The position numbers and the translations under genes are program-made. Under the pieces are notes generated by a model, which did not search any database, was not told where the DNA came from, and was given only the letters and a program-made list of their open reading frames with translations. A stretch of DNA of 63,648 bases, the filler included, from Octopus bimaculoides (Eukaryota): the NCBI RefSeq assembly GCF_001194135.2. It is 4 parts of 4 records of this genome, joined end to end, with 100 filler letters (N's around TTAATTAATTAA, not from the genome) between each part and the next. Parts side by side here need not be neighbours in the genome. Positions count along the whole stretch, not along the records: positions 26,213 to 52,172 come from NC_068981.1; positions 52,273 to 58,129 come from NC_068991.1; 2 more parts are not named here. One strand, written 5' to 3'. Below are positions 45,200-57,212 of this stretch, piece by piece. Position 1 is the first letter of the stretch, and each line of letters begins with the position of its first letter.

Positions 45200-45696
45200 C
45201 AAGGTTTCACCAGCAGCAGGGGGAGCTTTAGTAGTTTCCTCATTTGCAGAGTAGTCAGTAGTGGTGCTAAAATCCCCACAAGTACTTTCTGATTTCTCAA
45301 CAGGTTTTTCAGGGGTAGTTTCCTCTTTCTTCTCGGCACCAGCTGCAGCAGCAGCAGAAGCTGCAGCTGCGGTAGCAGCAGCAGTGGCAACTGCATGGGC
45401 AATCTTATGAGCTTTTTCAGCAATATCAGCTGGTGACATATTAGGATCGGCAGCAGCATCATGATGAACATTGGTGAAGACATGTGGGCCACTAGTAAAC
45501 ACATGTGGACCGCTGGTAAATACATGTGGTTTGTGTGGGCCATGGGGACCCATAGGAGGAACTCCAAATGGTCCAAAGAAACCAAATGGAGGTGGTGGTG
45601 GTGGTGGGGGTGGATGTGGTCCATTTGCACCTGGGCGGCCACTGAAAACTTTATGGAATTGACCCTCTTTTTCCAGTTTCATATCCAACTCAATAC
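45200..45696 (-). CDS. SQSTM1: Sequestosome-1/p62 exon: GIELD motif followed by Pro/His/Gly/Ala-rich low-complexity region
   Basis: Acceptor tcattccttttag, donor TTG|GTAGGT; 497 nt, phase 1-0. Starts (G)IELDMKLE (vertebrate GIEVDIDVE), in the frame of ORF 45146..45688. Confidence 0.92.
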
Positions 45697-46267
45697 CTAA
45701 AAGGAATGATAAACATTAAATGAAAAATCACCAAAAAAAAAATTAAAATAAATAAATAAATAAATAAATAAAATTAGCGGGTAACAGAACTAATGAAATG
45801 GTTTCATATTTGACAATTAGACAAATTGCATGAATGAAAGTTAATTTGGTTTAAAACTGAAAAAGTTGTAAACAAGATTACTTAACCCTTTCATTACCAA
45901 CCCAGCTGAAACCGGCTCTGCCTGAGTATAAATGTCTTGTTTTCATAAACTTTGAATTAAAATCTTCCAAACCTTAGTCACAATTTATGTTCTTAACATT
46001 AGCTGAGTAATAACTAAATTATTTTACTAAATTCTTTGTTATATTTAAAGTAATTGAAAGAAACACAGAGCATCTCAAAATAAATACAGTAACGAAAGGG
46101 TTAAAATGCTGAGAAAATTTCCATTTAAGACAAAATATGAAAATAACAGCAGTAGTTATCTTAAATCAGATGATTTTTTTTTTTTTAGTACAAGAAGCCT
46201 TTAAAACAGGTTAACTTTTCTGTAATTAGATTGGCTAGCAAACTAATAGTTTCATGAGATCTCTTAC

Positions 46268-46481
46268 CAAATGGGTTCAGCACAGAGGATAAGTGCTCTC
46301 CAAGATTTTGGAACATGTTTTGAGCATATCCTGGAGGTCTTTTAGCTTCGTCTTTGTCTTTTTTCTCATCTGGTGTCTTGTTGGTAGTAGAAGAGGATGA
46401 AGTTGTTGAGCTGAAAGAACAACCTCCGGGGCCAGCAAAAGTGAAGCTATAATCACCACCATCTTTTGGGCAATATTGAGG
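46268..46481 (-). CDS. SQSTM1: Sequestosome-1/p62 exon: Ser/Thr-rich linker ending in the conserved NLGEHLSSVLNPFG helix
   Basis: Acceptor atttctattgtacag, donor TTTG|GTAAGA; 214 nt, phase 0-1. Reads PQYCPKDGGDYSFTFAGPGGCSFSSTTSSSSTTNKTPDEKKDKDEAKRPPGYAQNMFQNLGEHLSSVLNPF(G); compare vertebrate NVGESVAAALSPLG. The ORF-track ORF here is a different frame. Confidence 0.92.
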
Positions 46482-46694
46482 CTGTACAATAGAAATATTC
46501 CATTAGTTAAAAAACAAATTCAGTTGAGTTTTTGCATTTTAGTCATGGGTTTTTTAAGGAAGTATTTGTGTACATACAAAGTTTTCAATTCTTATTCACT
46601 ATACTTTTTATACATGGGCAAACACTAACAAATACATTTTAAATTGCTTAAAATTTTAATATTTGAGGATTAAAAATTTTTTTTAATATTTTCT

Positions 46695-46895
46695 ACTCTA
46701 GGCACAAGGCATGAAATTTTTGGGGAAGGGGCCAGTTGATTTGATCAATCGATCCCAGTACTTAATTTATTGACCTCGAAAGGATGAAAGGCAAAGTTGA
46801 TCTTGGCGGAATTTGAACTCAGAACGTAAAGACAGATGAAATATCGCTAAGCATTTCGTCCGGTGTGCTAACATTTCTGCCAGCGTGCCGCCTTA
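46695..46895 (-). mobile_element. Family A SINE in a p62 intron
   Basis: Full-length motif match to 36083-36290. Confidence 0.85.
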
Positions 46896-47254
46896 AAATT
46901 TAAAAATATCCATCTAAAACTAATTTTGAAACCTGATATTAAAATACAACTAGCTGCCAGCAAGGATACAGTATTTCATTTTGTAACCATAATATACTTT
47001 ATAGTATATTAAAGGCTCACATGATATTGTGCCTTACTTTAGTGTTAGCAGTTTAATGCGATCGAAAATAAAATATAAGTAATGGGTCTAAGCGCATATT
47101 TCAAGAGTTACTGCTTTCCATCAACTTCACATCCAACCCATCAATTGCCCACACTAGTTGATGGAAGTGCAACTGGCTCCTGTCAACTGTCCTACCCATG
47201 CATGCATGGAAGATTTACATTAAATGATGATTATATATATAATAAATAATAAAT

Positions 47255-47504
47255 AAATGCGCCCTTTTAAAGCCTAGCCAAGTTCAAGGGCCTAGTTTCC
47301 CGGTTTCAATGGTGTATGTGTTCCCCAGCTGGATGGGACGCCAGTCCATCGCAGCGTTACTCATTTTTGCCAGTTGAGTGGACTGGAGCAACGTGAAATG
47401 AAGTGTTTTGCTCAAAAACACAACGAATCGCCCGGACCAGGAATCGAAACCACAATCTTACGATCACGGTGCTGACACCCTAACCACTAAGCCACACACC
47501 TCCA
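47255..47504 (-). mobile_element. CORE-like SINE (family B, tail type 3) in a p62 intron
   Basis: Same head and centre as 7971 and 8440, but tail gctgcgatggactggcgtcccatccagctgggg..gaaaccggg..aaaagggcgcattt. Confidence 0.8.
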
Positions 47505-47744
47505 CATATATATATATATCAGGTGATAGCTGTGAATGCCACTGTCATACAAGCAGTGTCATTTACTTCCAACATCCAGCATAGACATGTCTGGCCATGG
47601 GAAAATATTACCTTACTTGGAAACTGAGAAGAGATAACAACAAGAAGGGCCCTAGAAATTCAACCATGTAATGATTGAGAGCATGAAAAAAAAAATGGAT
47701 GTTAAAATGATAATGAATTTTTGGGGGATTCTTATACCTTATAT

Positions 47745-48070
47745 CCCTTGCTCAAGTCATCAGACTGCGACCATGCTGGGGCATAGCTTTGAAGTCTGAC
47801 AAGTAGAAGCCAGTACCTTTTTTTTTTAAAGCCTGGTACTTATTCCGTTGGTCTCTTGTTCCAAGCACGCTGACACCAATTGTCAAGTGGTGGTGGGAAA
47901 CAAACATAAGGCACAAAAACACACATACATATATACATGATGGGCTTCTTTCAGTTTCTGCCTACCAAACCCTACACACAAGGCTACAGCTGCCCTAAGT
48001 ATCATGCAATGGGACTGAATCTGGAACCAAGAGGTTGGGAAGTAAACTTACCACACAACCATGCCTGCAT
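47745..48070 (-). mobile_element. Family C SINE in a p62 intron
   Basis: Colinear with the reverse complement of 61896-62297. Confidence 0.75.
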
Positions 48071-48170
48071 CTATATTAATCGATATAGCTTTTTACAGAG
48101 CTCTTTGTTAAGCAGCTTCTTGAAAAGAATTATGTTAAGATTAATATAAAAACCCGAAATCAACACTTAC

Positions 48171-48376
48171 AGGAACCATTCCTGGAATAGGAATCTTCAT
48201 CATTGGATGTTCTGGATGACAATCCTTTTTCTCACACTCTTGGCAAAGATCATAGTCAGGACAAGCAAGACATTTGAAACGAGGACCACTTATTTGTTTA
48301 TCACAACCATCACAGATCACATGAGGATGCACTGCTTCATCAGCTCCAGTTTCAGGCATTGGTTTCGAATCATTTA
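48171..48376 (-). CDS. SQSTM1: Sequestosome-1/p62 exon: ZZ-type zinc finger
   Basis: Acceptor ttctctatttacag, donor CCT|GTAAGT; 206 nt, phase 1-0. Encodes HPHVICDGCDKQISGPRFKCLACPDYDLCQECEKKDCHPEHPMMKI (ZZ Cys/His pattern). Lies within ORF 48141..48458. Confidence 0.96.
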
Positions 48377-48385
48377 CTGTAAATA

Positions 48386-48945
48386 GAGAAATATTCAGAT
48401 CTTTTTTAAAACGGGGGCCACATTTTTCATTAACGAAACACTTTGAAACTTGGAACACTGGTAGAATGTGTCATATAAAACATCTTTTTCTCTTAGTCTT
48501 TAAAAAAAAAGAAATCCATAACTTATTCCATGTTAAAGTTGTCGTATTTCTGTAATTTCAACCAATCACTGACGTCCATTCAGCCGATATACATTAAGTG
48601 CCAACTACATAAACAAACGATTCTGAAACAATTAACCCTAACCCTAAGGTTAGGGTTAGGGTTAAAGCAAATAAAACGAAGGTATGGAGATTAAATACAC
48701 TTTACATCACTTAATCAGCCAAAGGAGTAAATATAAACAACTGAATACTTGTCAGTGATTGGTTGAAATTATCGAAATAAGACAATTTTTTTACATGAAA
48801 TAAATTTGAATACAAAAATATTTTTCTGTTCTATAACACAAAATAGATAAGTATACGAAGTTTGAAAGTCTTTCCGTACCAAAAACACTACGTAAAACAT
48901 TAATGAAAAATGTGGCCCCCATTTTAAAATAGATCCAAATATTCT
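48386..48945. mobile_element. Foldback/MITE with nested inverted repeats and a central telomeric-repeat palindrome
   Basis: Outer IR gggggccacatttttcattaa (48413-48433 / 48900-48920); inner IR ttgtc.tattt..taatttcaaccaatcactgac (48539-48573 / 48751-48785); centre ttaaccctaaccctaa-gg-ttagggttagggttaa. Confidence 0.85.
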
Positions 48946-49984
48946 TAATACAGAGATAATACAGGATATGTTTCATCACAAGCTATAAATACTGAGTAAA
49001 TAAGGGAACTGATCCGTTTCAACAGTTAAGTATTCTCTTTAACCCACAACAATTTGAACCAATTAAGATTGGAGCAATTAGTTAATCTAGTTATATTTAG
49101 CTTGCAGTTTACTTTCAATTACTCTTACATAGGGTTTATTCTTCTCATATCCAACTTCATAACTAATTCCTTCAAGTACTTACTAGTACATCTCAGTTTC
49201 AAGATATCAGAACTGTGAAATCTAAAGCAACACCTATCACTGTGAGTCTAATCAGAAGCTATTAGTTAATTTCCAGTGTTATTCTACACAACCATCCATT
49301 GAAATTGTTTATTTTCGTCACAAACCAATGCTTTGTAAAGGCTACCAAACTTTCTTAGTCAATGATAGAATCTAGAATCCAAAAAAGGTATATAAGCCTA
49401 TGAACTCTTAGGCTTAATTTCCTAATGAATACTTGTATAATGCACTAATACTTTGACTGGCTTTGGTTAGTGGACTACAGCAATGCTGGCACACTACTGA
49501 CAAGGTGTTCAGTCAGTTATAATCTATTGCCAAAACACACAATGGAGCCTGGTGCAGTTCTTTGGCTTGCCAGCTCCTGTCAAACTGTCCAACTCAGGCC
49601 AATATGGAAGATGAGTGTTAAACGATAAGGATTCTCAAATGGTTAACTTGGCACAAAAGGATGATTCACACAATAAAAATCCACAAGAAATTTCTACATA
49701 AATTTATAGTCAATCCAGTGCAATTCATTCGAACATAATGGGATTATGTACAAGCTGCCTGCCAAATTTCAGCAAAAGACCTGAGCCCAAACTATCACAC
49801 AAAAGTATTTAACTCAAAAATAAACAGATGCAAAGCAACATTCTTAACTACAAAATTATTCACATTGTAGCAAGCCTGCTACTCTTCAAATGGTTTATAA
49901 AATGTAAGTGTTAATAAAAAATCATTTCTCTTCAATGTCTATTAACAGTAAAATAGCCAGTTACTGAAATACATATTCTTCTCT

Positions 49985-50365
49985 ACTCTAGGCACAAGGC
50001 CCAGAATTTTGGGGGGAGCGGCCAGTCAATTAGATCAACTCCAGTATGCAACTGGTATTTTATCGACCCTGAAAGGATGAAAGGCAAAGTTGACCTTGAC
50101 AGAGTTTGAGCGCAGAACATGAAAACAGTCGAAATACTAAGCATTTCGCCCAGCATGCTAACGTTTCTGGCAGCTCGCCACCTTCGGTGCTGAAATATGT
50201 ATTTCTTTATTGCCCACCAGGGGCTAAACATAGAGGGGACAAACAAAGACAAAGGGATTAAGTCGATTACATCGACCTCAGTGTGAAACTGGTAAAGGAT
50301 GAAAGGCAAAGCCGACCTCGGCAGAATTTGAACTCAGGACATGCTAACGTTTCTGCCAGCTCACC
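49985..50365 (-). mobile_element. Tandem family A SINE copies in a p62 intron
   Basis: Copies at 49985-50185 and 50195-50365; the second has the same ttattgcccac..ggggacaaacaa tail variant as 232-345. Confidence 0.85.
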
Positions 50366-50544
50366 AATTTAATTACCAAAATATATATTGCCATAGAACT
50401 ATCAGAGGAAAGAAAGGTAATGCTGGTAAAACTTTCTATTATTACACAAGCAATATTACAATACTGTAAAAATGTCCATTTCAACCCTGATATGGAACTT
50501 GTGTATTGATATTTTAATGGAGATGTGAAATTTATATAACTTAC

Positions 50545-50640
50545 CTTTGATTATGATTTTAAAGATTGAACTATCAAGAGAAGTTACAGCTTCGTTTAAC
50601 TCATTGTCACTTGTGAATCTTATCAGATCAGTATCAGAGT
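50545..50640 (-). CDS. SQSTM1: Sequestosome-1/p62 exon: C-terminal (acidic OPCA) half of PB1 domain
   Basis: Acceptor ctttattttttctgcag and donor G|GTAAGT; 96 nt, phase 1-1. Reads (D)SDTDLIRFTSDNELNEAVTSLDSSIFKIIIK(V), matching the p62 motif [32 protein letters not shown]. Not in the ORF track. Confidence 0.93.
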
Positions 50641-53553
50641 CTGCAGAAAAAATAAAGAAGTGAAATGTTATATATTTTAATCAATAGAATTAACAACATC
50701 CAACAGAAACTTTATATACATGTAGGCGTGTGAGGATATATAGGTAGTAAACCATTACATCAAGAATTGTGTGAAATGACAATGCAAAATAATTAAAATC
50801 ATAAATTATTCCAGTATACTGTTTAATTTATAATGAATACTCCATAAAATAAAACATTTTCCCACTGACTGCTATCAATTTCATTTAAGCACCCCCCCCC
50901 CCAAAAAAAAAAGAGAGGCTAATGTTGGAACCACCTGTAGACGGAAACTAGAATGAGATTCTGCGCAGGTTGCCTACCAAATTTCATCAGAAGCACTAGC
51001 TGACCTTAGCCAAAACTATCACGCAATAATATTCAACTTAAAACAACATGGTTGCACAGTAAAATTCTTAACTACAAAATTATTCACACAAATCCTCATC
51101 AATAAATTCACGGTCACTTTGAAGTTCTATAAACACACTTAGCTTCAATAGACATGGTGGAGGCTTCCAATATTGTTATTACTATATAGAATGGGCCGTT
51201 TTCTCAATATCAGCTCGCATTTGAAATTTGTTTCAAATGTGCAGCCACCCTCAATACTTTTTAACTGGCCAAGTTTAAAAAGAATTCCTTTGGTATTCTG
51301 TAGAAAAATAAATCCATGATTATCTAAAATATCTCAATCCCCAATGGATACATTTTGTATAGGGATGGCGTAAAAAAAAAAAAAAAAAAAAAAAAAAACT
51401 TTATCAGTGAAATATATTTGATAATCATTCGTCATAAATCTTCAAAATAATCCTTTCTGCAGCCATTGGCAGTGAATAGAGATAAGAATCGTGGGAAAAT
51501 ATATATACATTTTGTCCTTCAATGCAGAGGATAGAAAAGTTTCTAGAGAATATGGACAGGTCAGATATATATAGAATTAAGTGGAGGGCAAGAAGGAGCC
51601 GTCATAGAATTATTCCACTCATTTGCTATAAGTTGCATTACTGAGGATACCTTGAGGAAAGGCATTAACACCACAACTTTAACGTTAGTAAAGCTTTATA
51701 CTTTGTAAAATTAAAAAAAAAAAAACAGCAGTTAATTGTCAATATATCTGGCCTAAAAAAGCTAAATTGCACAATTCCCATGAATCTCTCTCAGTCAAAA
51801 TACATTCATTCAGAATTAATAAACGCAATTAGCTAGCACTGATTTTATATTACATATATAGTGACATTCATAAACAGTCCTGCTCACAATATGCTGCGAG
51901 TCCTATTGGAAAAAAAACATTGTTGCCATATCAACGATTAGTACACATATTCGTTAGATATTCACACACAAATAAATCAATCAAGGGAATAAATATCGAT
52001 GCTTTACGTTTTGCAAGAAAGATGTACATCGATACTCCAGTTCTATACACACACATATTGTATAGGAACAACTATGATCATTGCCTTTTAGTCAAAACAG
52101 TGAAAATACTGGTTTGGATATCAAAACTAATAGCATTTTAAAAATAAACATTACAAAAAAAAAAAAAAAAAANNNNNNNNNNNNNNNNNNNNNNNNNNNN
52201 NNNNNNNNNNNNNNNNTTAATTAATTAANNNNNNNNNNNNNNNNNNNNNNNNNNNNNNNNNNNNNNNNNNNNTATATATATATATATATATATGTACGTA
52301 TATATATGTAATATATATATTACTCGTAATAAGACCGCATAACATTCACACCCTTATCAAAGAACGTAAGCTGGCTTCAGCTAAGATTCGGAGATATTCC
52401 ATGGAAAAATCAACACTGGAGATTACTTCTTGGTTTACGGAAAAAAAAACAGAGAAAAATAATATTTTTCATATATGGTCCAACGAGGTACATGACCTAC
52501 ATGACCATGAGTAAAAGGAAACTAAAGCTTCCTCAAATCTCGTCTTATCGTTCCCAAAAGGGCAGTGCGAGACATCTCCCAGCATGGCCGCAGTCTAATG
52601 AATGAAACAAATGAAAGAGAAAAGATAAATGTTGTCAAAAACGTATAATCCACCGCAAAGATATTTGCATTCATTCGTCAGTGTAAAGCAGGCTGTTGTA
52701 ACAGCTACTCTCACAAAATAATTGTTTGAATCCTTTTCAAAAACAATTCTAAGAGATATTATATACGCTACAGCACAAGTGTTAAGCAATTCAACCTCAA
52801 ATGCCTTAATTCTAAATCATAGATTCTTGTTTCCCCGATAAGAGGCCTCTTGTACACTGAGGGTTGTGATATTATCGCTTGCAATGAAAAAAATATAAAG
52901 AGATAGTCAATCTTCAAAAGGTCATTCGCATGTTACATGGAAGATCGCGCAATATATCTTGATAAAACTGTAATTCTTTATCAACCCTGCTCTGGAAAGC
53001 TGAGCAGAAACCATAAAATAACGAAACACGATACAACTTTAGCAATTGTATCTTACTTCAAGTATCTTGTCATCATGTTAAACAGAGGGTGCATACTTTA
53101 ATGACGAGATCGCAACTAGAATACAGAAGTTGTGGATATCTTGTAGATATCTTTTTATTACAGTCTGAATAATTTACACAAAATATCACCTCCAAAACAA
53201 GCATTTTTGTGTGTCGCATTTTATGGCTTTTCAATATAGACAGTAAATTCAAAACATGCCAAGCAGTTGGAAAGTTTTCAGCAAAAATGTCTTTGATAAT
53301 TATTAGATGTATGTTAGATTTTAAATGAGTTATGTAATATAGCAGACGAAAGTTTGCAGGTTATATAATTTCATATAGAAGAAAGAAGACCCCCCAAAGT
53401 GTCTATTCTTATGGAGAGCTATGTTCTGGCGAATGGCTTCCGAACAAGCCAAATTTAAGATGCAAGAACTACCTTAAGTCTGATCTTCAAAAAGACAATT
53501 ATGAAAGTAGAAAGTTCGGAGATTATTGCAACTGATAGGAAATCGCAGAGAAA

Positions 53554-53600
<47 letters not shown>

Positions 53601-53816
53601 NNNNNNNNNNNNNNNNNNNNNNNNNNNNNNNNNNNNNNNNNNNNNNNNNNNNNNNNNNNNNNNNNNNNNNNNNNNNNNNNNNNNNNNNNNNNNNNNNNNN
53701 NNNNNNNNNNNNNNNNNNNNNNNNNNNNNNNNNNNNNNNNNNNNNNNNNNNNNNNNNNNNNNNNNNNNNNNNNNNNNNNNNNNNNNNNNNATATATATAT
53801 ATATATATATATATAT

Positions 53817-53960
53817 AGGGAGAATTCACAAAAAAAAAACCAACAGACGAAGACAGGTGGTGTAGAAAACAAATAGATGTATTAGTATAACGTTCGGGAA
53901 TTGAAAAAGTCTTTAACGTTTCGAACCTACGCTCTTCCACAGAAAGGAACACAGAAAGAT
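53817..53960 (-). mobile_element. Penelope-like terminal-region relic
   Basis: Homologous to 1741-1910. Confidence 0.45.
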
Positions 53961-54547
53961 ACAAGGAGAGAAAACAAATGTATATACCATAAGGAGTCTA
54001 CTATAGACTTTTAGGGAGAAATCTCTTGCTATATTGGTAGCGATTACGTGTTTATCTCATTATCAACACATTGTGGAGATATCATCAAATACAAAACATG
54101 TTTTGTATTAAAAAATAATCAACCGATGTGGTCCAATTTGTTTTTTTGTTGATCAAAAGTTTTCTCCATTTTCTGATTATTTAAATTATGTGTGTGAGAG
54201 TGTTTGTGTGTGTGTGTGTTTGTGTGTGTGTATACCAGTTGAATAAAGTTAAAACATGGTCTGGTTTATATATATATATATATATATAGAACAGAACTGT
54301 CACGACAACCATATGAACCCGAAGATTGCATAAATGCAAGAAAGTATACTAGTTCAATAAGAATGGGACATTATAATATTTCATTTGTTCAATAAGAATA
54401 TACAATTAATTCTTCATTTCATTTATTTTGACTATAGCATTTTTTTATCTTATATTAATATTATAAGAATATAAATAAAGCGTGAAAAACAGAGTTGGAA
54501 TTCCTTTGAGTAATATATTCTTCTGTTCACAATCGTGCAAATGCCTT

Positions 54548-54591
<44 letters not shown>

Positions 54592-54689
54592 TGCAGTGAA
54601 TATGTATTGTCTAAATTACGCAAAAATGAAAATAACACTGATATCTCATTTTGACTGATATATTTACCAAAATTACATAAAAATGTCTT

Positions 54690-55335
54690 GAAATACTAAA
54701 GTGTAAATTCTTTCAATAAAATTGCCATTGGCTTCAGCCACGGACTCCAGACGACGTGGATTCTCCTGAAGATCTTCTGGATGGTCGCCTTGTTTAAGTT
54801 GGTGAATGCTGCTATAATCCTTGTCCTCAGTTCATTTTTGGTTTTACAACGAGTTTTGTTGGTCTCTTGCTCAACTGCTCCCCACAAGGAGATTGCAGTC
54901 TGGGGAGTTAGGTAGCCAGATGTTAAGGGTGATGCGGTCGCAGAAATTGTCTTGACAGGCATAACTTGGTTCTCCTGCTTGTGTGGCAGGGTGCAGAGTC
55001 CTGTTATTAGACATAGGGTCTTCCAGCAGCCACCCTCTTTACCCAGGGCAGCACTACCTCCTCCAGGCACTTTATGTAGGCCTCCGTGTTGAGTCTGAGG
55101 CCGTGTGGGAAGATGAATGGAGGCATAACCTCGCCATCACTAGTGATCACTCCAAACACCATGATGTTGACTGGATGTTTGATTTTTATCACTCTCGGTA
55201 CATGTTTTGGGGACACGGCAAGCCAAGGGATTGACACCTAAACACTCTGAAATGTTCGTACAGAAGCTTCCGGCGCGAATGCCAAGCAGTACCATATGTC
55301 GTTTCCAAATTTCTGGCTGAATGAATTGCGTCATA
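54690..55335 (-). mobile_element. Tc1/mariner (probably DD37D/maT-like) transposase relic, same family as 37860-38301
   Basis: KHPVNIMVFGVITSDGEVMPPFIFPHGLRLNTEAYIKCLEEVVLPWVKRVAAGRPYV; WLPNSPDC; EQETNKT..ELRTRIIAAF. Confidence 0.85.
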
Positions 55336-55474
55336 GACCTGTTTTTCTCACAGATGATGCCCAACTAACCCTACTTATGCTGTGGTAGTTGACAAAACGA
55401 AAAAACAAACAATGCGCATGGGCGAAATTAAAAATATAAAATGGCGACAATTTACCCATCGCAGACTCTGTGTA

Positions 55475-55535
<61 letters not shown>

Positions 55536-56574
55536 NNNNNNNNNNNNNNNNNNNNNNNNNNNNNNNNNNNNNNNNNNNNNNNNNNNNNNNNNNNNNNNNN
55601 NNNNNNNNNNNNNNNNNNNNNNNNNNNNNNNNNNNNNNNNNNNNNNNNNNNNNNNNNNNNNNNNNNNNNNNNNNNNNNNNNNNNNNNNNNNNNNNNNNNN
55701 NNNNNNNNNNNNNNNNNNNNNNNNNNNNNNNNNNNNNNNNNNNNNNNNNNNNNNNNNNNNNNNNNNNNNNNNNNNNNNNNNNNNNNNNNNNNNNNNNNNN
55801 NNNNNNNNNNNNNNNNNNNNNNNNNNNNNNNNNNNNNNNNNNNNNNNNNNNNNNNNNNNNNNNNNNNNNNNNNNNNNNNNNNNNNNNNNNNNNNNNNNNN
55901 NNNNNNNNNNNNNNNNNNNNNNNNNNNNNNNNNNNNNNNNNNNNNNNNNNNNNNNNNNNNNNNNNNNNNNNNNNNNNNNNNNNNNNNNNNNNNNNNNNNN
56001 NNNNNNNNNNNNNNNNNNNNNNNNNNNNNNNNNNNNNNNNNNNNNNNNNNNNNNNNNNNNNNNNNNNNNNNNNNNNNNNNNNNNNNNNNNNNNNNNNNNN
56101 NNNNNNNNNNNNNNNNNNNNNNNNNNNNNNNNNNNNNNNNNNNNNNNNNNNNNNNNNNNNNNNNNNNNNNNNNNNNNNNNNNNNNNNNNNNNNNNNNNNN
56201 NNNNNNNNNNNNNNNNNNNNNNNNNNNNNNNNNNNNNNNNNNNNNNNNNNNNNNNNNNNNNNNNNNNNNNNNNNNNNNNNNNNNNNNNNNNNNNNNNNNN
56301 NNNNNNNNNNNNNNNNNNNNNNNNNNNNNNNNNNNNNNNNNNNNNNNNNNNNNNNNNNNNNNNNNNNNNNNNNNNNNNNNNNNNNNNNNNNNNNNNNNNN
56401 NNNNNNNNNNNNNNNNNNNNNNNNNNNNNNNNNNNNNNNNNNNNNNNNNNNNNNNNNNNNNNNNNNNNNNNNNNNNNNNNNNNNTATACAGAGAGAGAGA
56501 GGGGGGAGGGGGGAGAGAGAGGGGGAGAGAGAGAGAGAAAGAAAGATATATAAATAGATGTTTATGTATATACG

Positions 56575-56730
56575 TATACAACAGGCTTCTTTCAGTTTTC
56601 GACTACCAAATCCATTTACAAGGATTTGGTTCTTCCGAGGCAGTAATAGAAGACATTTGCTCAAGATTGTCTGCTGTAGACTGAATCCTGAATCAAGTGG
56701 TTGAAAAGCAAACTTTTTACCGCACATCCA
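56575..56730 (-). mobile_element. Family C SINE head
   Basis: caggcttctttcagttttcgactaccaaatcc..gtagaagac..ctgaatcc. Confidence 0.65.
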
Positions 56731-57061
56731 ATACTACCACCACCACCACCACCACCACCACCACTACTATTACTACTAAATAACTACTTTAATTGAGGTA
56801 AAAAGAAGTCAAATTTCTCTTTCACATGATTCTATAAACGAACGCAATTTATTTCCGAGTACATATGAAGTTATGTAACGTATCAAATGAAATTAGTGCT
56901 TATTCACTTCTTCAGAGATTTTAATTTGAATTATAATTAACTTATAAGATAAACCAGCAATGCAGGATGAATTTTCACGGGGCGTGTCAACAGCCGGGCA
57001 AATACGTTAAATATTCTCGGAATTGCATAACTTCATATGTAATATAAAATACATTGAGTTC

Positions 57062-57177
57062 TTTCACCGAAACATACGTAACTTCTCTTCCGTCAGTCAC
57101 TCGACACTATGCTAGTCAGGTTTCAGCATGAGGTGTTGATGAGATAATCGCTTGGCTTCTACTTACACTCTCAAATG

Positions 57178-57212
<35 letters not shown>

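Noticed and set aside
45196-46489. Alternative-frame ORFs 45196..45642, 45461..45700, 45471..45662 and 46277..46489
   Set aside because: Shadows of the p62 exons; splice phases and homology select other frames.
48632-48665. Ancient chromosome end-to-end fusion site
   Set aside because: Orientation is CCCTAA then TTAGGG, the reverse of a fusion; only about 2.5 units per side, inside a MITE.
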